Assembly: GCA_964016885.1 (NCBI GenBank)
Contig: OZ024752.1
Location: 1,612,001-1,676,000 of the forward strand
Origin: Eledone cirrhosa
Taxonomy: Eukaryota
Direction: 5' to 3'
Length of the DNA: 64,000 nucleotides
Positions 27,928 to 41,445 of the stretch are shown here, one piece after another; position 1 is the stretch's first letter, and every line of letters starts with the position of its first letter. The position numbers and the translations under genes are program-made. Below the pieces are notes generated by a model. The model saw only the letters and a list, made by a program, of their open reading frames with translations, was not told where the DNA came from and made no database searches.

Positions 27928-29712
27928 ATTTTATTTCCTGATATTTACCGTTTTATTAACTTAAAGCGTTATGTCCATGAAAATCTAATTTATTTTAATA
28001 ATGTTTTATAAAATATAATCCATTATTCCATATATAAAGACAAATTCGTTTCTGAGTTATATTTGTACCATCGGCACAAAATAACAAAGAACTAGAGGCA
28101 ATATTTACTTGAGAAAGTGTGTTAGAGAGTTTAAGTGTACAGATAAGGGTAATACGAAAGCGGAAATATGTTTATGGATATTTTTCTGTCTTTGGTTAAG
28201 AAAAATGTGTAATGATTTTCTCGAGCAAGAATTGTTTCTTCGAACGTCAGCAGGAATTAGAAAATTAAAATTGTTTTACCCACTGCATATTTCATTTACT
28301 TTGCAAATTAAGTCAATTCAACAAGCTTGGTGTGTACTCCATTGAATTTCTTCATTTCTTGTTGGGGTACCAATCCTTTATTTAGTAATCCATGTGTCTT
28401 ACCAGTGAGGTAGAAATCGCCAGAACGTACTTTTGAGGACATTGGACAGTACTTCTTCCCATAGAACTCTTACCTTCAAAATCGAATAAGACTGATACAG
28501 AAATAGATGAAAATAAGCATTACACACCACAGCGACACGTCGTATGATCCTTCATCTGACAAGATAATTAAATTCTTCAAATATTATAATATATATGTAT
28601 TTATTTTCGAAGAAGTTACAGTTTATACACCAGACTGAAATGGGTTTGGATGTATGCATACTTTATACGACTTTTCATTTTATTGTTCATATGTCCGAGC
28701 TTCGTATAGTGATTATGCCTGAAGATAAAATAATCGTATGATATTCTCGATTGAAATACATATAATCATATTTCATTTGTATCACGAAATATAAACCTCC
28801 TACAAAATAAAAAATAAAACAACATATAGACCAGTCTAGTCAGTTGTTAACCGAGGACAAAACATGATCTCCTTGTGTTATTACACAACGGAAACTATAT
28901 TAACAGTTAATTTCGCAAGAGCATTGAAAACAGTCATATGAACACATTTCTAAGTGAAATCACTACACCAGGCAACTGCTTTTATATTTTGTTATGTCTC
29001 AACATCTGATCAAACAGCATCTACGCTCCATTGGGAAAATCCACCCTGGAACACACCCATATGTAAGAGATATTCCAAAATATATTACAATGTTACAGTG
29101 TTTATTAAAGTTGGCGATTTACATTTTGCTTCCAGGATTTTGAAAATGGTGATATTTAACTTATATTATGACAACATTTGATGTGTCATATACACTTATT
29201 CAACACTTGTTCAGTGCAAACTTTAAAAAAATAATGATTTCTTTCAATAATATTACAATAACTAAACTCCACAACATATTTGTAGAACCTATTCTAACAT
29301 AAAAGATATTGACAGAAGGAGAATAAGAATAAAATATGAAAGCATTGCAATCAAGTAGCATTATCATAATACTTTATTTAGCTCGTTCGCTAATGGAATT
29401 TGGCCAGGAGATATTTGTAAAACCTTGCAGTCAGCAATTACCTAATATCGCTTTCATTTTTACCTTTGGTTCCTTCTCTTTCGCCTTCTCTGTCTATCAC
29501 TATCACATCCGCTACACTTCTCTCTATTTTACCCTTCATTCAATGACTTCATTTTGATTATATGTAATGGCAATAATTATAGCAAAAACAAAAATAATGA
29601 TTAACACTATAAAAATAATCTAAACTATAATAAAGTAAGGAGCGCGGGAGTGCGTACGGTTTATAATTATTTTATCCCATTAGTAAAATAAGTTGGATTA
29701 CTTTGAATAAAT

Positions 29713-29844
29713 AATTGTTTCTACTTTTGGCACAAGGCCAGCTACTAGCCAGTACATTACTGGTACTTTATTTTATTGACCCCGTAAGGATGAAAGGCAA
29801 AGTTAACCTCGGCGGGATTTGAGCTCAGAAAATAAAGGGCCGTA
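29713..29844 (-). mobile_element. SINE family A, 5'-truncated
   Basis: Core and 3' end present; TSD actttgaataaataat on both sides. Confidence 0.85.
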
Positions 29845-30375
29845 CTTTGAATAAATAATGAATGAATATTACACAATTTATCTACTACATTTCGTGGCTG
29901 TTCATTAAAAATATGTTATTACTTATTTAAAGATTCACTTCTTTAAAATGTTCAAATGTCAATACTTCCGGTTCATGGACGCTTAAATAAATATTCATAT
30001 ATTTCTGTCACTAATTTTCTCCTAATGCAGTTTATATATAATATCGTCTTTTTTTTAATGTATCATGGATTACGTTACTGATTAAATAAGACAGTGTAAC
30101 ACAGTCTCCGTTCAATTTCTGTGTATATTGTCAATTACGATTTTATTTGATGTATCATATCTACATGCATATATACTTGCGTATAATATCAATATACACA
30201 CTACACATGCTAGCAGAAAGCCACACGAAGGGTGGTTTTTCTGCTAGTAATACTAATATATAATCAAGCCATCACCATTTTCGCGTCATCGTCATCTCGT
30301 ATATATTAGCAGGTTATTGTTAGATATTAAATAATATGCAGCAGCAGGAGCAGCAACAACAGCAGTAGCAGGAGT

Positions 30376-30630
<255 letters not shown>

Positions 30631-31001
30631 AGAGCAGCAATCCTTACTTATTCATGTCCTTTGTCTCGCTGCTTTATTTTCTCTCCCCCCATCTGTCATA
30701 TATTTGTAAAGTTTTCATTTTAAAAGGAAAGCCTTCTTCTATTGACCCATGTTAATCAATAAATAATCTTTGAAATTCCCATGTTTTAACATTTTATCCC
30801 CATGTATATTATTTTGAGTTTATATATTTATATACATATAGTACGTTTGAAGAAAAACCATGTTTTTTCCAACCTCTAAGCTATGTTGTGATACACATCC
30901 CATTCACTCATGCCTCCTTTCTACATCAACATATCTCTACATACACATTAACACACAGAGACCCATAATACATAGCTAGATAGACATATAGATAGATATG
31001 C

Positions 31002-31093
<92 letters not shown>

Positions 31094-31285
31094 GGAATCG
31101 GAAACATATACTGTTATTTGTACAATGTTTATTAGTTCGTCGCAGGAATGTTATATTCATCAGAGGCTTAACCAATTTCAATAGGTAGTTTTAAAATAAA
31201 TGATAAATCACATTTAGAAAACTTCTTTTTAGCAATTGGATCCTTATATACAGAAATAAAATCATGACTTTAAAATTACTTTAAA

Positions 31286-31355
<70 letters not shown>

Positions 31356-32009
31356 TATATTATTATTTTTAATTTCAAGTCTCAGACTGTATTTATGAAA
31401 CACGAAAAGGAAATGAGGAAACATAAACTAAATGTTTGCTATATTTAATTAATCATAGTCGTATTAATAGAGGACAATATTTTACAGGCTTTCTATACAG
31501 AAATGGCATGTACAGCCATTCATTTTCATCCCATCGAAGTCTCGCGAATTAGAATTTGGTCACTCAATTGCCTAGCCAGACACGTTGTGGTTTAATGGAA
31601 GCAATCAGTCAAAAACACTCAAAACTAGTTCTTTGTTTGCATTAGTCATTGTTGAATATAAAACCCTGTAAAAACCTAATGCTGAGAAAAAGAAATACAT
31701 TCAGTTCATTTAACAATGTAAATGCGACCGATCATTCATACTATCACGATCGGTCGTGTGTTTCAAATAATGCTTCGCAGTGTATATTCATAGAGCACGA
31801 AAGTCCTGCCTGTTGAGGATTGTCAAATGAGCTCCTCTACTACAAAGTCTATACCTTTCTCTATATCCACAGATTTATTTTTGCGTATACGCACACACAC
31901 ATAGACACACATCACCGCCATCATCATCATCATCATCATTATCATTTCTTTTGATAAGTATACAAATACATACATATATATATATATCGCTGAATGTGTT
32001 TGTAGGAGA

Positions 32010-32201
<192 letters not shown>

Positions 32202-32780
32202 TTGTATCGGTGTGCTGCTGTATACGCTCATGTTTGTTTGTATATGTATATGATCTGTATAGAACACCTTCATTTATATTCTGTTTCACATACAAAGAAC
32301 TAACATATACAAATACACACAAACCAACAAACGTGTAAAAATGAATATTCCTGTCTCTAACCGTTTATCTTTATTTTCCTCACATTTTTATATCGTTCTC
32401 TCTTTCTCTCTCCTTCTCTCTTTTGTTTTCTTACTGCCTGTCGCTTTCCTTTCGACTTTCCTCTCTCTCTACCTAGCTTTCTTTCTATACCTCTGTTTCA
32501 GCATTACATACACTCATGTCCATTCACCAGCTAATCATTGAATCATTCTATATTATTCGGTATAAACTATTATTAAAACATTGCTCATGCGAATATACGG
32601 GATGTACTTTTAGACAGATAGATATAGTTCGTACATATCTAGAGTGTACTATATATAGAGATACATTCCTGAGATAATTAAACAACATAATACTTGAGAT
32701 TATTTCACAAATTAAATCTCTATTGTATTAACTGAGACATTGAAACAAATGAAAATATAGTAGTTAATTAAAATAACAGA

Positions 32781-33960
32781 TTAAAGTTTAAGCAAAGAAT
32801 CGCTGCTTTCACTCTTAACGGGATCTTCTGAAACTAAAAAAATCAATCTGTGAACGCATAAGTCAATATTTCGAAAAACGTTGCAACCGGAGGAAGACAG
32901 GAAGACGATACTTTGGTTCGTGGAAACGTTCCCTGACAAAGAACGAAAAAAAAAACGAAGATAATACGTCATTATTTGGAGCGGTGAAAAACAATTACGC
33001 GCAAAGACAAAATCACGTTTATGGTATAAAGAAAGTCGTAAACTAATATTCTATTAGGTGGTTCGTGGAGACGTTCCCTGGCAATGAACGGAAAAAAACG
33101 AAGATAATACGTCATTATGTGGTGCGACAGAACAATTAACGCAAAAACAAAACCACATGTATGGTATAACTGACGTCGTAGACTAAAACTCTAACTAGGA
33201 AACCGACTGATTCTCGGCTTCAGAGTTAAGAATAATGTAAATAAATTACAGAGGTTATAGAAATTAACAATAATTAAATATATACATGCACGCATCCATA
33301 TACGCACATACACATGCATACGCGAAAACACCCGCCATGGGTATGCAAATACAGGCACGTACACAAAAACAGAAGCACACATACAAAAACAAGCGCAAAC
33401 ATTAAAAAACCACGCAACGCCTGACTCGCACACATACGAACGTGTACACCAAATACATATAAAATATATATTTAAAAAAAATATATATATATATGCGTGT
33501 GTGTGTGTGCGTGCATACATATAATTCTATAAACGTATATATACACACATACATACGTATATACCGCGCGCACAGACATACCTACATGTTAATACGCCTA
33601 TGTTCGCTAAACGCGCGTCAACCAAAACACAAAATACACATATACACAAACCCTACATGCGTGCAAACTCGCATACACACACAAACGCAAAACTCACGTA
33701 TACACATAACCAATTGTCTTCGTTTTTTCCGTTCATTGCCAGGGAACGTCTCCACAAATATTAGTCTACGACTTCATTTATACCATAAACGTTGTTTCGT
33801 CTTTGCGTGTAATTGTTCTCACCGGTCCAAATAATGACGTAATATCTTCGTTTTTTTTCTCGTTCTTTGCCAGGGAACGTCTCCACGAACCAAAGTATCG
33901 TCTTCCTGTCTTCATTCGGTTGCAACGTTTTTCGAAATATTTACTTCTGCGTTCACAGAT

Positions 33961-33964
<4 letters not shown>
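32781..33964. mobile_element. Foldback element, family F7, with internal tandem duplication
   Basis: Left arm 32841-33050 plus a duplicated subunit at 33060-33186; inverted right arm ~33714-33964 runs into (TA)n. Confidence 0.8.
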
Positions 33965-34025
<61 letters not shown>

Positions 34026-34059
34026 TTTATTTATATATTTGAATTAGAATTTAGCTTCT

Positions 34060-34506
34060 AGCATAGCTGTAAACAGATATATATTGGCATTTCCTTCTCA
34101 AAAGAAATACGGTATGTTTATAAATAAATATTTAGAAAGCCGTAGCTATGCTAAAACATCGGCTGCTATGGCCAACTGGCGGTGTCCAGCTAAAGGAAGG
34201 GAGACAATCGTCGACACATTTCGAATGGAACTGGTCCTCATCAGGACGATCCCTCTCGCTCTTGCAACTGCTGGATGTTGAAAACCAGAAAGAATATATA
34301 GTTTTCTCCTCTGTGTAAATGAGGTGATTAATCTCATTTGCATATGAAGCTGTATAAGTTGGCCCAACTTGTAATAGAATAAAATTCCCATTTATCTTCG
34401 ATCATAGCTGTATACAGATATGTATTGTAATGTCGTATTTCTAAAGAAACACGGTATGTTCACAAATAAATATTTAGATATACAAAGGCATCGGCAGCTA
34501 TCGGTG
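34060..34506 (-). mobile_element. Direct-repeat-flanked non-coding element with hammerhead (retrozyme/pLTR-like)
   Basis: Diverged ~105-bp direct repeats (catagctgta...cggtatgtt...aaataaatatttaga...catcggc.gctat) at ~34062 and ~34403, (TA)n outside both, hammerhead between. Confidence 0.65.
34207..34250 (-). ncRNA. Minimal type I hammerhead motif
   Basis: Minus strand: atcgtc CTGATGA ggaccagttccattc GAAA tgtg TC gacgat. Perfect 6-bp stem I and GUC triplet. Confidence 0.75.
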
Positions 34507-34539
34507 AATATATATTCATATATATATATACAAATATAA

Positions 34540-34681
<142 letters not shown>

Positions 34682-35242
34682 GTGTGTGTGTATGTGTGCG
34701 CGTGTGTGTGTGTGTGTGTGTGTGCGTGTGTGTGTGTGTGTGTGTGCGTGTGTGTATGCGCATGCGTGTCTGTGTGTGTATGTGCGTATGTTTAAATGCT
34801 AAAGAGTACAAGAAAGAAACTGACGTTGTGTAAGTGCCAATTAGATTCTTTTGAAGAATTAACCAATAGGGATATGAAGGGATGGAAAAATAAAAATAGA
34901 GAAACAGTGAAACAAAGAGGTACATCGAATGAAATAAAGTGAGTTGGAAGTTTTACATCCATACATACACACGTACACATTCTTACAAAAAGTACATAGA
35001 CACATTTATACCGATATGATGGCTGGATGTAGATTTCGAGACCTAGCATTATTTGACTCCTTTTTCATACATTCTTGACACGAACATGAATTTATTACTT
35101 CTAGTTTGGCCACAATTTGGATATCGTTACTTCTTTCCAGTTTCCCTTTTCTATGACTGAATTACTTTCAGAAAGCAAGCTGCGGCTGGCATTTCATTGA
35201 ACTCCACTTTAAAATAAAACTGGATCGAAGGGTATCTGATAA

Positions 35243-35880
35243 GTGATCAGTCGTTTTGAAGGTTGGAAACCATCATGTTATGATTCAATATTCCTTACAG
35301 AAAGTATAGAAAATGAAGAACAATTCTTACTAAACGAAATCACCTTTAGGAAGGTCAAGACACAAACCCAGAAGCTATGCAATATAACACACTACCCACG
35401 TATATTGAAACAACTAGAGTGTCCTAATAGAAGAATATATTGAACCCCCAAAAGATAGTCACATAAGGCCCTATTAAAATCCACCTAATTCAGAAAAATG
35501 ACTTCAACATAGATATAATTCAAATTAAGCAGGTTATAATTACACTTGCCATTAAACACAGTCGGATATAAACCTTGTATAACATCGTGAGAGCCCATCT
35601 CAATCTAAGCGATATTTACCTTACAGCTAGAAGGAAAGAAAACACTGAAAGACTCTGGAAAAAAAAGACTCCTCAGTTAAGAGAAAATGCAACCTCATGG
35701 CTTGAGGTGGGGTGTTTAAAGATAAAATATTGTATGAGATGGTAAAGTTAGTACCAGAAAATTAATACATAGGAGCGACGGTCAACAAGTTAAGCGACAG
35801 GCGTTATAATCACGTTTAAAAGGTTAGGGAAAAACAAAACAATTAAAGCCCTGCCAGAGATATCATCGGAAGTAAAATAA
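35243..35880 (+). pseudogene. Decayed Penelope-like element linker + GIY-YIG endonuclease
   Basis: From 35721: DKILYEMVKLVPEN*YIGATVNKLSDRRYNH (GIY-YIG and R..NH motifs), preceded by WLEVGCLK (cf. CPL.G.CL), NRRIY*TP and ENEEQF. Confidence 0.65.
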
Positions 35881-35910
35881 GTACACACACACACAAACAC
35901 ACACACATAA

Positions 35911-35942
<32 letters not shown>

Positions 35943-35944
<2 letters not shown>

Positions 35945-36120
35945 GCTTCTACAAGACTAGAACTGTTTCATTCGGGAGAAATGATCAGGAAGCCCTGATG
36001 ATTTCTCCCGAATGAAACAGTTCTAGACCTGTAGAAGCCTTTCTATATTAAATAGTTATAATCTGCTTTGTATTGAGTACCTTACTTACTGCGGTTACCC
36101 CCGATTGAACCAGGGATAAA

Positions 36121-36124
<4 letters not shown>
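35943..36124. mobile_element. Family F4 foldback copy
   Basis: Inverted repeat 35943-36040 with ctgatga...gaaac in the arm; extension homologous to 22170-22256. Confidence 0.8.
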
Positions 36125-36163
<39 letters not shown>

Positions 36164-36204
36164 AAGTTAAATAAAAAATGTTTCAAATTTGGGCTTCGTT
36201 TATT

Positions 36205-36259
36205 ACAGCTATATATATTTCAGTGACAGCCATCTTTGGCTGTGACCTCTTCAGGCAGT
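36205..36259 (-). ncRNA. Type I hammerhead motif, palindromic stem III
   Basis: Minus strand: actgc CTGAAGA ggtc acagcca aaga tggctgt cact GAAA tatata TA gctgt, then aataaa. It lies in a ~350-bp segment (36158-36503) bounded by (TA)n. Confidence 0.7.
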
Positions 36260-36502
36260 TTGAATTAGTATGGTATAGACAAGTACATATGTTGTTGAGG
36301 TGTATAATTTTGTCAATAGTCTGATATGCCCAGTTCCTGGTTGGGTTGTTATTTCACTGAAGAACTGGAATCATATGAATTCAAACAAACGAATTTCAGT
36401 GTCAAAGGGCCTCTTCTCCTCTCATTGGTCAGTTCTGAGAGCATTCCTCAGTCAGAAGTCTATAGAATTCTTTCTGGGGTAAGGCTCTCTGTAGTGTTTG
36501 TA

Positions 36503-36555
<53 letters not shown>

Positions 36556-36564
<9 letters not shown>

Positions 36565-38530
36565 CGTAAAATAAGTACATTTTAAAAAATTAACTTACTT
36601 ACTAAAATGTTCACTCTAACTAATTATTTTCTGCAATCAGATAAAGACAGTTACGTAATAAACTGTCAAGAATTCATTGCGTTATCAGGGATTCTATTCT
36701 CAGCTAAATCTCCAGGCAATGCGCGGACACTGGGGACTCATATAAAAATAATAATAATTAGTTGGAGTGAAAATTTTAGTAAGTAAGTTAATTTTTTAAA
36801 ATGTTCTTATTTTACGTCTTTTATATTATTGTTCTGCATCCTCCTGCATTGAACCACCTAGGTACTATGATATAACCTGTGTATTTGCTAGCATTAGCGT
36901 ACATCTGTACGCATATGTTAGTAGATATACTAAATTCTCTATATTTATCTCCAAATTACTTATTTGTCGAGCAAACCTGCCAAAACCACTACTAGTTTAT
37001 TGGTGTGCTAGTAGGCTTCTGTCATCTTACCATCCCACTCCTACCGACTAGCCTCAGTGTCACGTGATTGATTCTTTAGAATCTGCCATTTGACCAGTGA
37101 CAGCGAGATTTTCAGTGCATGGAATCCAGTCCCCGCTAGCTGTTCCATTTACCGAATTATTATTATTTTTATATGAGTCCCCAGTGTCTGCGCATTGCCT
37201 GGAGACTTAGCTGTGAATAGACTCCCTGATGACGCAATGAATTCTCGACAGTTTATTACGTAACTGTCTTTATCCCATTGCAGAAACTAATTAGTTGGAG
37301 TGAAAATTTTAGTAAGTAAGTTAATTTTTTAAAATGTTCTTATTTTACGTCTTTTATATTATTGTTCTGCATCCTCCTGCATTGAACCACCTAGGTACTA
37401 TGATATAACCTGTGTATTTGCTAGCATTAGCGTACATCTGTACGCATATGTTAGTAGATATACTAAATTCTCTATATTTATCTCCAAATTACTTATTTGT
37501 CGAGCAAACCTGCCAAAACCACTACTAATTTATTGGTGTGCTAGTAGGCTTCTGTCATCTTACCATCCCACTCCTACCGACTAGCCTCAGTGTCACGTGA
37601 TTGATTCTTTAGAATCTGCCATTTGACCAGTGACAGCGAGATTTTCAGTGCATGGAATCCAGTCCCCGCTAGCTGTTCCATTTACCGAATTATTACTATT
37701 TTTATATGAGTCCCCAGTGTCTGCGCATTGCCTGGAGACTTAGCTATGAATAGACTCCCTGATGACGCAATGAATTCTCGACAGTTTATTACGTAACTGT
37801 CTTTATCCCATTGCAGAAACTAATTAGTTGGAGTGAAAATTTTAGTAAGTAAGTTAATTTTTTTAAATGTTCTTATTTTACGTCTTTTATATTATTGTTC
37901 TGCATCCTCCTGCATTGAACCACCTAGGTACTATGACATAACCTGTGTATTTGCTAGCATTAGCGTACATCTGTACGCATATGTTAGTAGATATACTAAA
38001 TTCTCTATATTTATCTCCAAATTACTTATTTGTCGAGCAAACCTGCCAAAACCACTACTAATTTATTGGTGTGTTAGTAGGCTTCTGTCCTCTTACCATC
38101 CCACTCCTACCGACTAGCCTCAGTGTCACGTGATTGATTCTTTAGTATCTGCCATTTGACCAGTGTCAGCGAGATTTTCAGTGCATGGAATCCAGTCCCC
38201 GCTAGCTGTTCCATTTACCGAATTATTATTATTTTTATATGAGTCCCCAGTGTCCGCGCATTGCCTGGAGACTTAGCTGAGAATAGACTCCCTGATAACG
38301 CAATGAATTCTCGACAGTTTATTACGTAACTGTCTTTATCCCATTGCAGAAACTAATTAGTTGGAGTGAAAATTTTAGTAAGTAAGTTAATTTTTTAAAA
38401 TTTTCTTATTTTACGTCTTTTATATTATTGTTCTGCATCCTCCTGCATTGAACCACCTAGGTACTATGACATAACCTGTGTATTTGCTAGCATTAGCGTA
38501 CATCTGTTCGCATATGTTAGTTGATATACT

Positions 38531-38536
<6 letters not shown>
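36556..38536. repeat. 533-bp tandem array (~3.3 copies) preceded by a ~200-bp inverted partial unit
   Basis: ctcctgcattgaaccacc at 36841, 37374, 37907 and 38440. 36556-36757 is the reverse complement of ~37157-37357. (TA)n on both ends. Confidence 0.92.
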
Positions 38537-38585
<49 letters not shown>

Positions 38586-38589
<4 letters not shown>

Positions 38590-39068
38590 TTTCTGAATTT
38601 GTTTAGCAAGATTCTTTATCTGAAAACGTGTGTTGAAACCGATATTGTTATACTTTGGGAGGGTCATGTTGCCAATAAGAAACACACGCACCACTACTTT
38701 CACTTCAATTTATTATAATACATTTATAAATTTAGGAATTTATAAATTTCCGGTTGGTTGGTTGGTTCCACAACCAGGTGGTTGTTTATATATTGTCAAA
38801 GTCCTACGCCAGAAACAAGATGGCGTAGGACAGAACAAAGGAGAGGCACGCAAATAAAGAAAAGAATCCCCAGTCACTGAAGAGGTCACATAATGTGTGA
38901 CGAAAGAACTTTGACAATATATACACAACCATCTGGATGTGGAACCAACCAACCAACCAACCGGAAATTTATAAATTCCTAAATTTATAAATGTATTATA
39001 ATAAATTGAAGTGAAACAACTACTGCGTGTGTTTCTTATTGGCAACATGACCCTCCCAAAGTATAACA
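38586..39068. mobile_element. Foldback element, family F1b (TGTTATACTTTGGGAGGGTCAT ends)
   Basis: Arms 38646-38802 and 38908-39068, a left-only extension at 38586-38645 and (TA)n on both sides. Second copy from 63651. Confidence 0.88.
38873..38915 (+). ncRNA. Minimal type I hammerhead motif
   Basis: gtca CTGAAGA g gtcaca taatg tgtgac GAAA gaac TT tgac. Stems I (4 bp) and II (6 bp) are perfect. Confidence 0.78.
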
Positions 39069-39432
39069 ATATATATATATATATATATACTTAATTTTAA
39101 ATATATATATATAGCTTATAGCATTTTAACCTGATTGCGCGACATTGGGCGTAAGGGTCTAGTTATGGCAACCACTTTAGAGAGGAGACACCGCTCTCAA
39201 ATGCCCCGTCTAGCGTCAGGGACAGGGACCAGAGAGGCCAGTCTTCGAACGGCTACGGTTCTATACAGTGGTAGACATAGCCCGACCCCGAAACCCAACA
39301 ACGCGCAAACATAAGTTATAAAATTAAAATATATAACAAACAAGGTATCTTTTACTAGATTAAGTATTGTTTTCCTTGGCAGATATCCTTCACACGCACA
39401 CATATATTTTTATATGTATCTATATAAAAGAA

Positions 39433-39611
39433 AAGAGCAACGACGACCGACTTTCGTCCAATTGGACCGAGGAAACAATGCATCCATTGGTCTTTCCAAT
39501 TGCTAATACTATCTATCGATTGCAACTCCAGGTAGAAGGAGCAACAAGAAATAAAGTCTCTTGCTCAAGGACATAACTCATCACCCGGTCCGGGAATCGA
39601 ACTCACAACCT
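39433..39611 (-). mobile_element. SINE family B copy
   Basis: Reverse complement of 5285-5470, including B box gttcgattccc. Confidence 0.7.
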
Positions 39612-40157
39612 CAAACAAAGACATATACATATATATACATATATGTTTATATATTTATATATATATGGGTGTGTATGTGTGTGTGTATGTGTGTCTGTGT
39701 GTGTGTGTGTGCAAATGTTTGGTCTCAAAATACAAAACATGATAAACGCAAACATATCAAATCGCAGAAAAAATAAAACTAAACAAAAAAACCTTTAGAA
39801 TATCGAATGAAAATAAGGGAGGGAGAATTAATGTAAACGTTTAGCCGGTACTCAACTAAGTGTTTTGCTTTCGGTCATTCTTAGAAAATAGGCGAAGCTA
39901 AAGTAATAAATGCTCACTGATTAGGAGAAAACATTTTTCTTGCCTTCGATATATATTCAGTAATATTATAACATTTTTCCACTGGTATCCTGATTAGCTC
40001 TGAGGATGAAAAATACAAAGCCAAGCAATATTTAAGAGTAAATTGCTAAAAAAAAAATGTGTTGCAATAGAAATATTAGAATATATGTCCGAGAGCTATG
40101 ATGTATGGAGGGATATGCATGCATATGGGTTTCTATCTACTTATCTATCTAGCAATG

Positions 40158-40264
<107 letters not shown>

Positions 40265-40359
40265 ATTCATAAATACATACAGAGCTACACACGTTCAATT
40301 TTACACACGCATATATACAGAGCATTTTCCCAAAAATATTTACAGACTTTGATTACCTC

Positions 40360-40417
40360 TACAGGGTATATTTCTTAGAATGGTGTTTAAGTGTTTATAG
40401 ATTTTTAGGGAAACCCC

Positions 40418-40422
<5 letters not shown>
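40360..40422. mobile_element. Tiny Tc1/mariner-type MITE remnant
   Basis: ta-caggg ... ccctg-ta termini. Confidence 0.35.
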
Positions 40423-40464
<42 letters not shown>

Positions 40465-40685
40465 ACCTGTCTGTATATTTTGTTTTTGTTGTATTAAGGT
40501 GGCAGCATGATCCTGGTCGCATTTTTCATTGTGTCACTATTACCAAACTTATGTTGATTACTTTGAAGAATAAGTTATTGATTACTCTCTCATTGTGTGC
40601 TTTGTGACAGCCTTTGAAAACGTATGCGAATCTGCTTCTCCCAGCTGCAATTTTGGTTATACTCGTTTTTATTATTATTATTACT

Positions 40686-40777
40686 TAACTTTGCCTTTCA
40701 TCCTTACGGGGTCGATAAAATAAAATACCAGTAATGTACTGGTAATTGCTGGCCTTGTGTCTAAAGTAGAAACAATT
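40686..40777 (+). mobile_element. SINE family A, 3' half
   Basis: ttaactttgcctttcatccttacggggtcgataaa...gtagaaacaatt within (TTA)n. Confidence 0.8.
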
Positions 40778-41301
40778 ATTATTATTATTATTGGTCTGAT
40801 CGGGCGTCTTTTTGCTCGTGTCATAAATTATTTATTGTTAAAATTTGTTGTTGTGTAAGAGATATAAGCCCTCGGACTTTGCCCTATGAAGGGGAAAGTA
40901 TAATATTTGGGCCTGTTGGCAATGTCTGCTGTCGTGTGACAACGACGTAAACGTTGAGAGGACGGTTACGGCGAACACAGAAATTGATACAACAAACACC
41001 ACCACAAACAATGTGAACAAAGACAGCAATGACAACAACACTGTGAACATTTATTTTGAAAATAATGACCACACCAACCACAACAGTAACAGCGACAACG
41101 AAAATGGAGACAACAGAAAAAAGGACAACAAATGCAACAACAATATTTTCTTTTCATTTTTCTTTTCTTTACGTTTTTCGTTGTTGCTGTGCTCTTTTGA
41201 TTTAGAATTTTGTTTTTTTAATTTTTTGACCGTGTCATCAAATCAGTCTATTTATATCTTTTGGTGCCTTCCTCTTTTAGTGGGGACACTACGATGCATG
41301 T

Positions 41302-41445
41302 CTTAGCAGGAGGTAGTGGGAGAGAATAGCGGCGGTAGTGATAATGAGGCAGTGGTGGTGATGGTGCTGTGCTATAGTACTTAGCAGGAGGCAGTGGGAG
41401 AGAATAGCGGCGGTAGCCATAATGAGACAGTGGTGGTGGTGATGT
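41302..41445. repeat. 78-bp tandem duplication
   Basis: cttagcaggagg(t/c)agtgggagagaatagcggcggtag at 41302 and 41380. Confidence 0.8.

Noticed and set aside
33192-33229. Hammerhead at minus-strand ctgaagccga...tcggtttcc
   Set aside because: It lacks GAAA after stem II.
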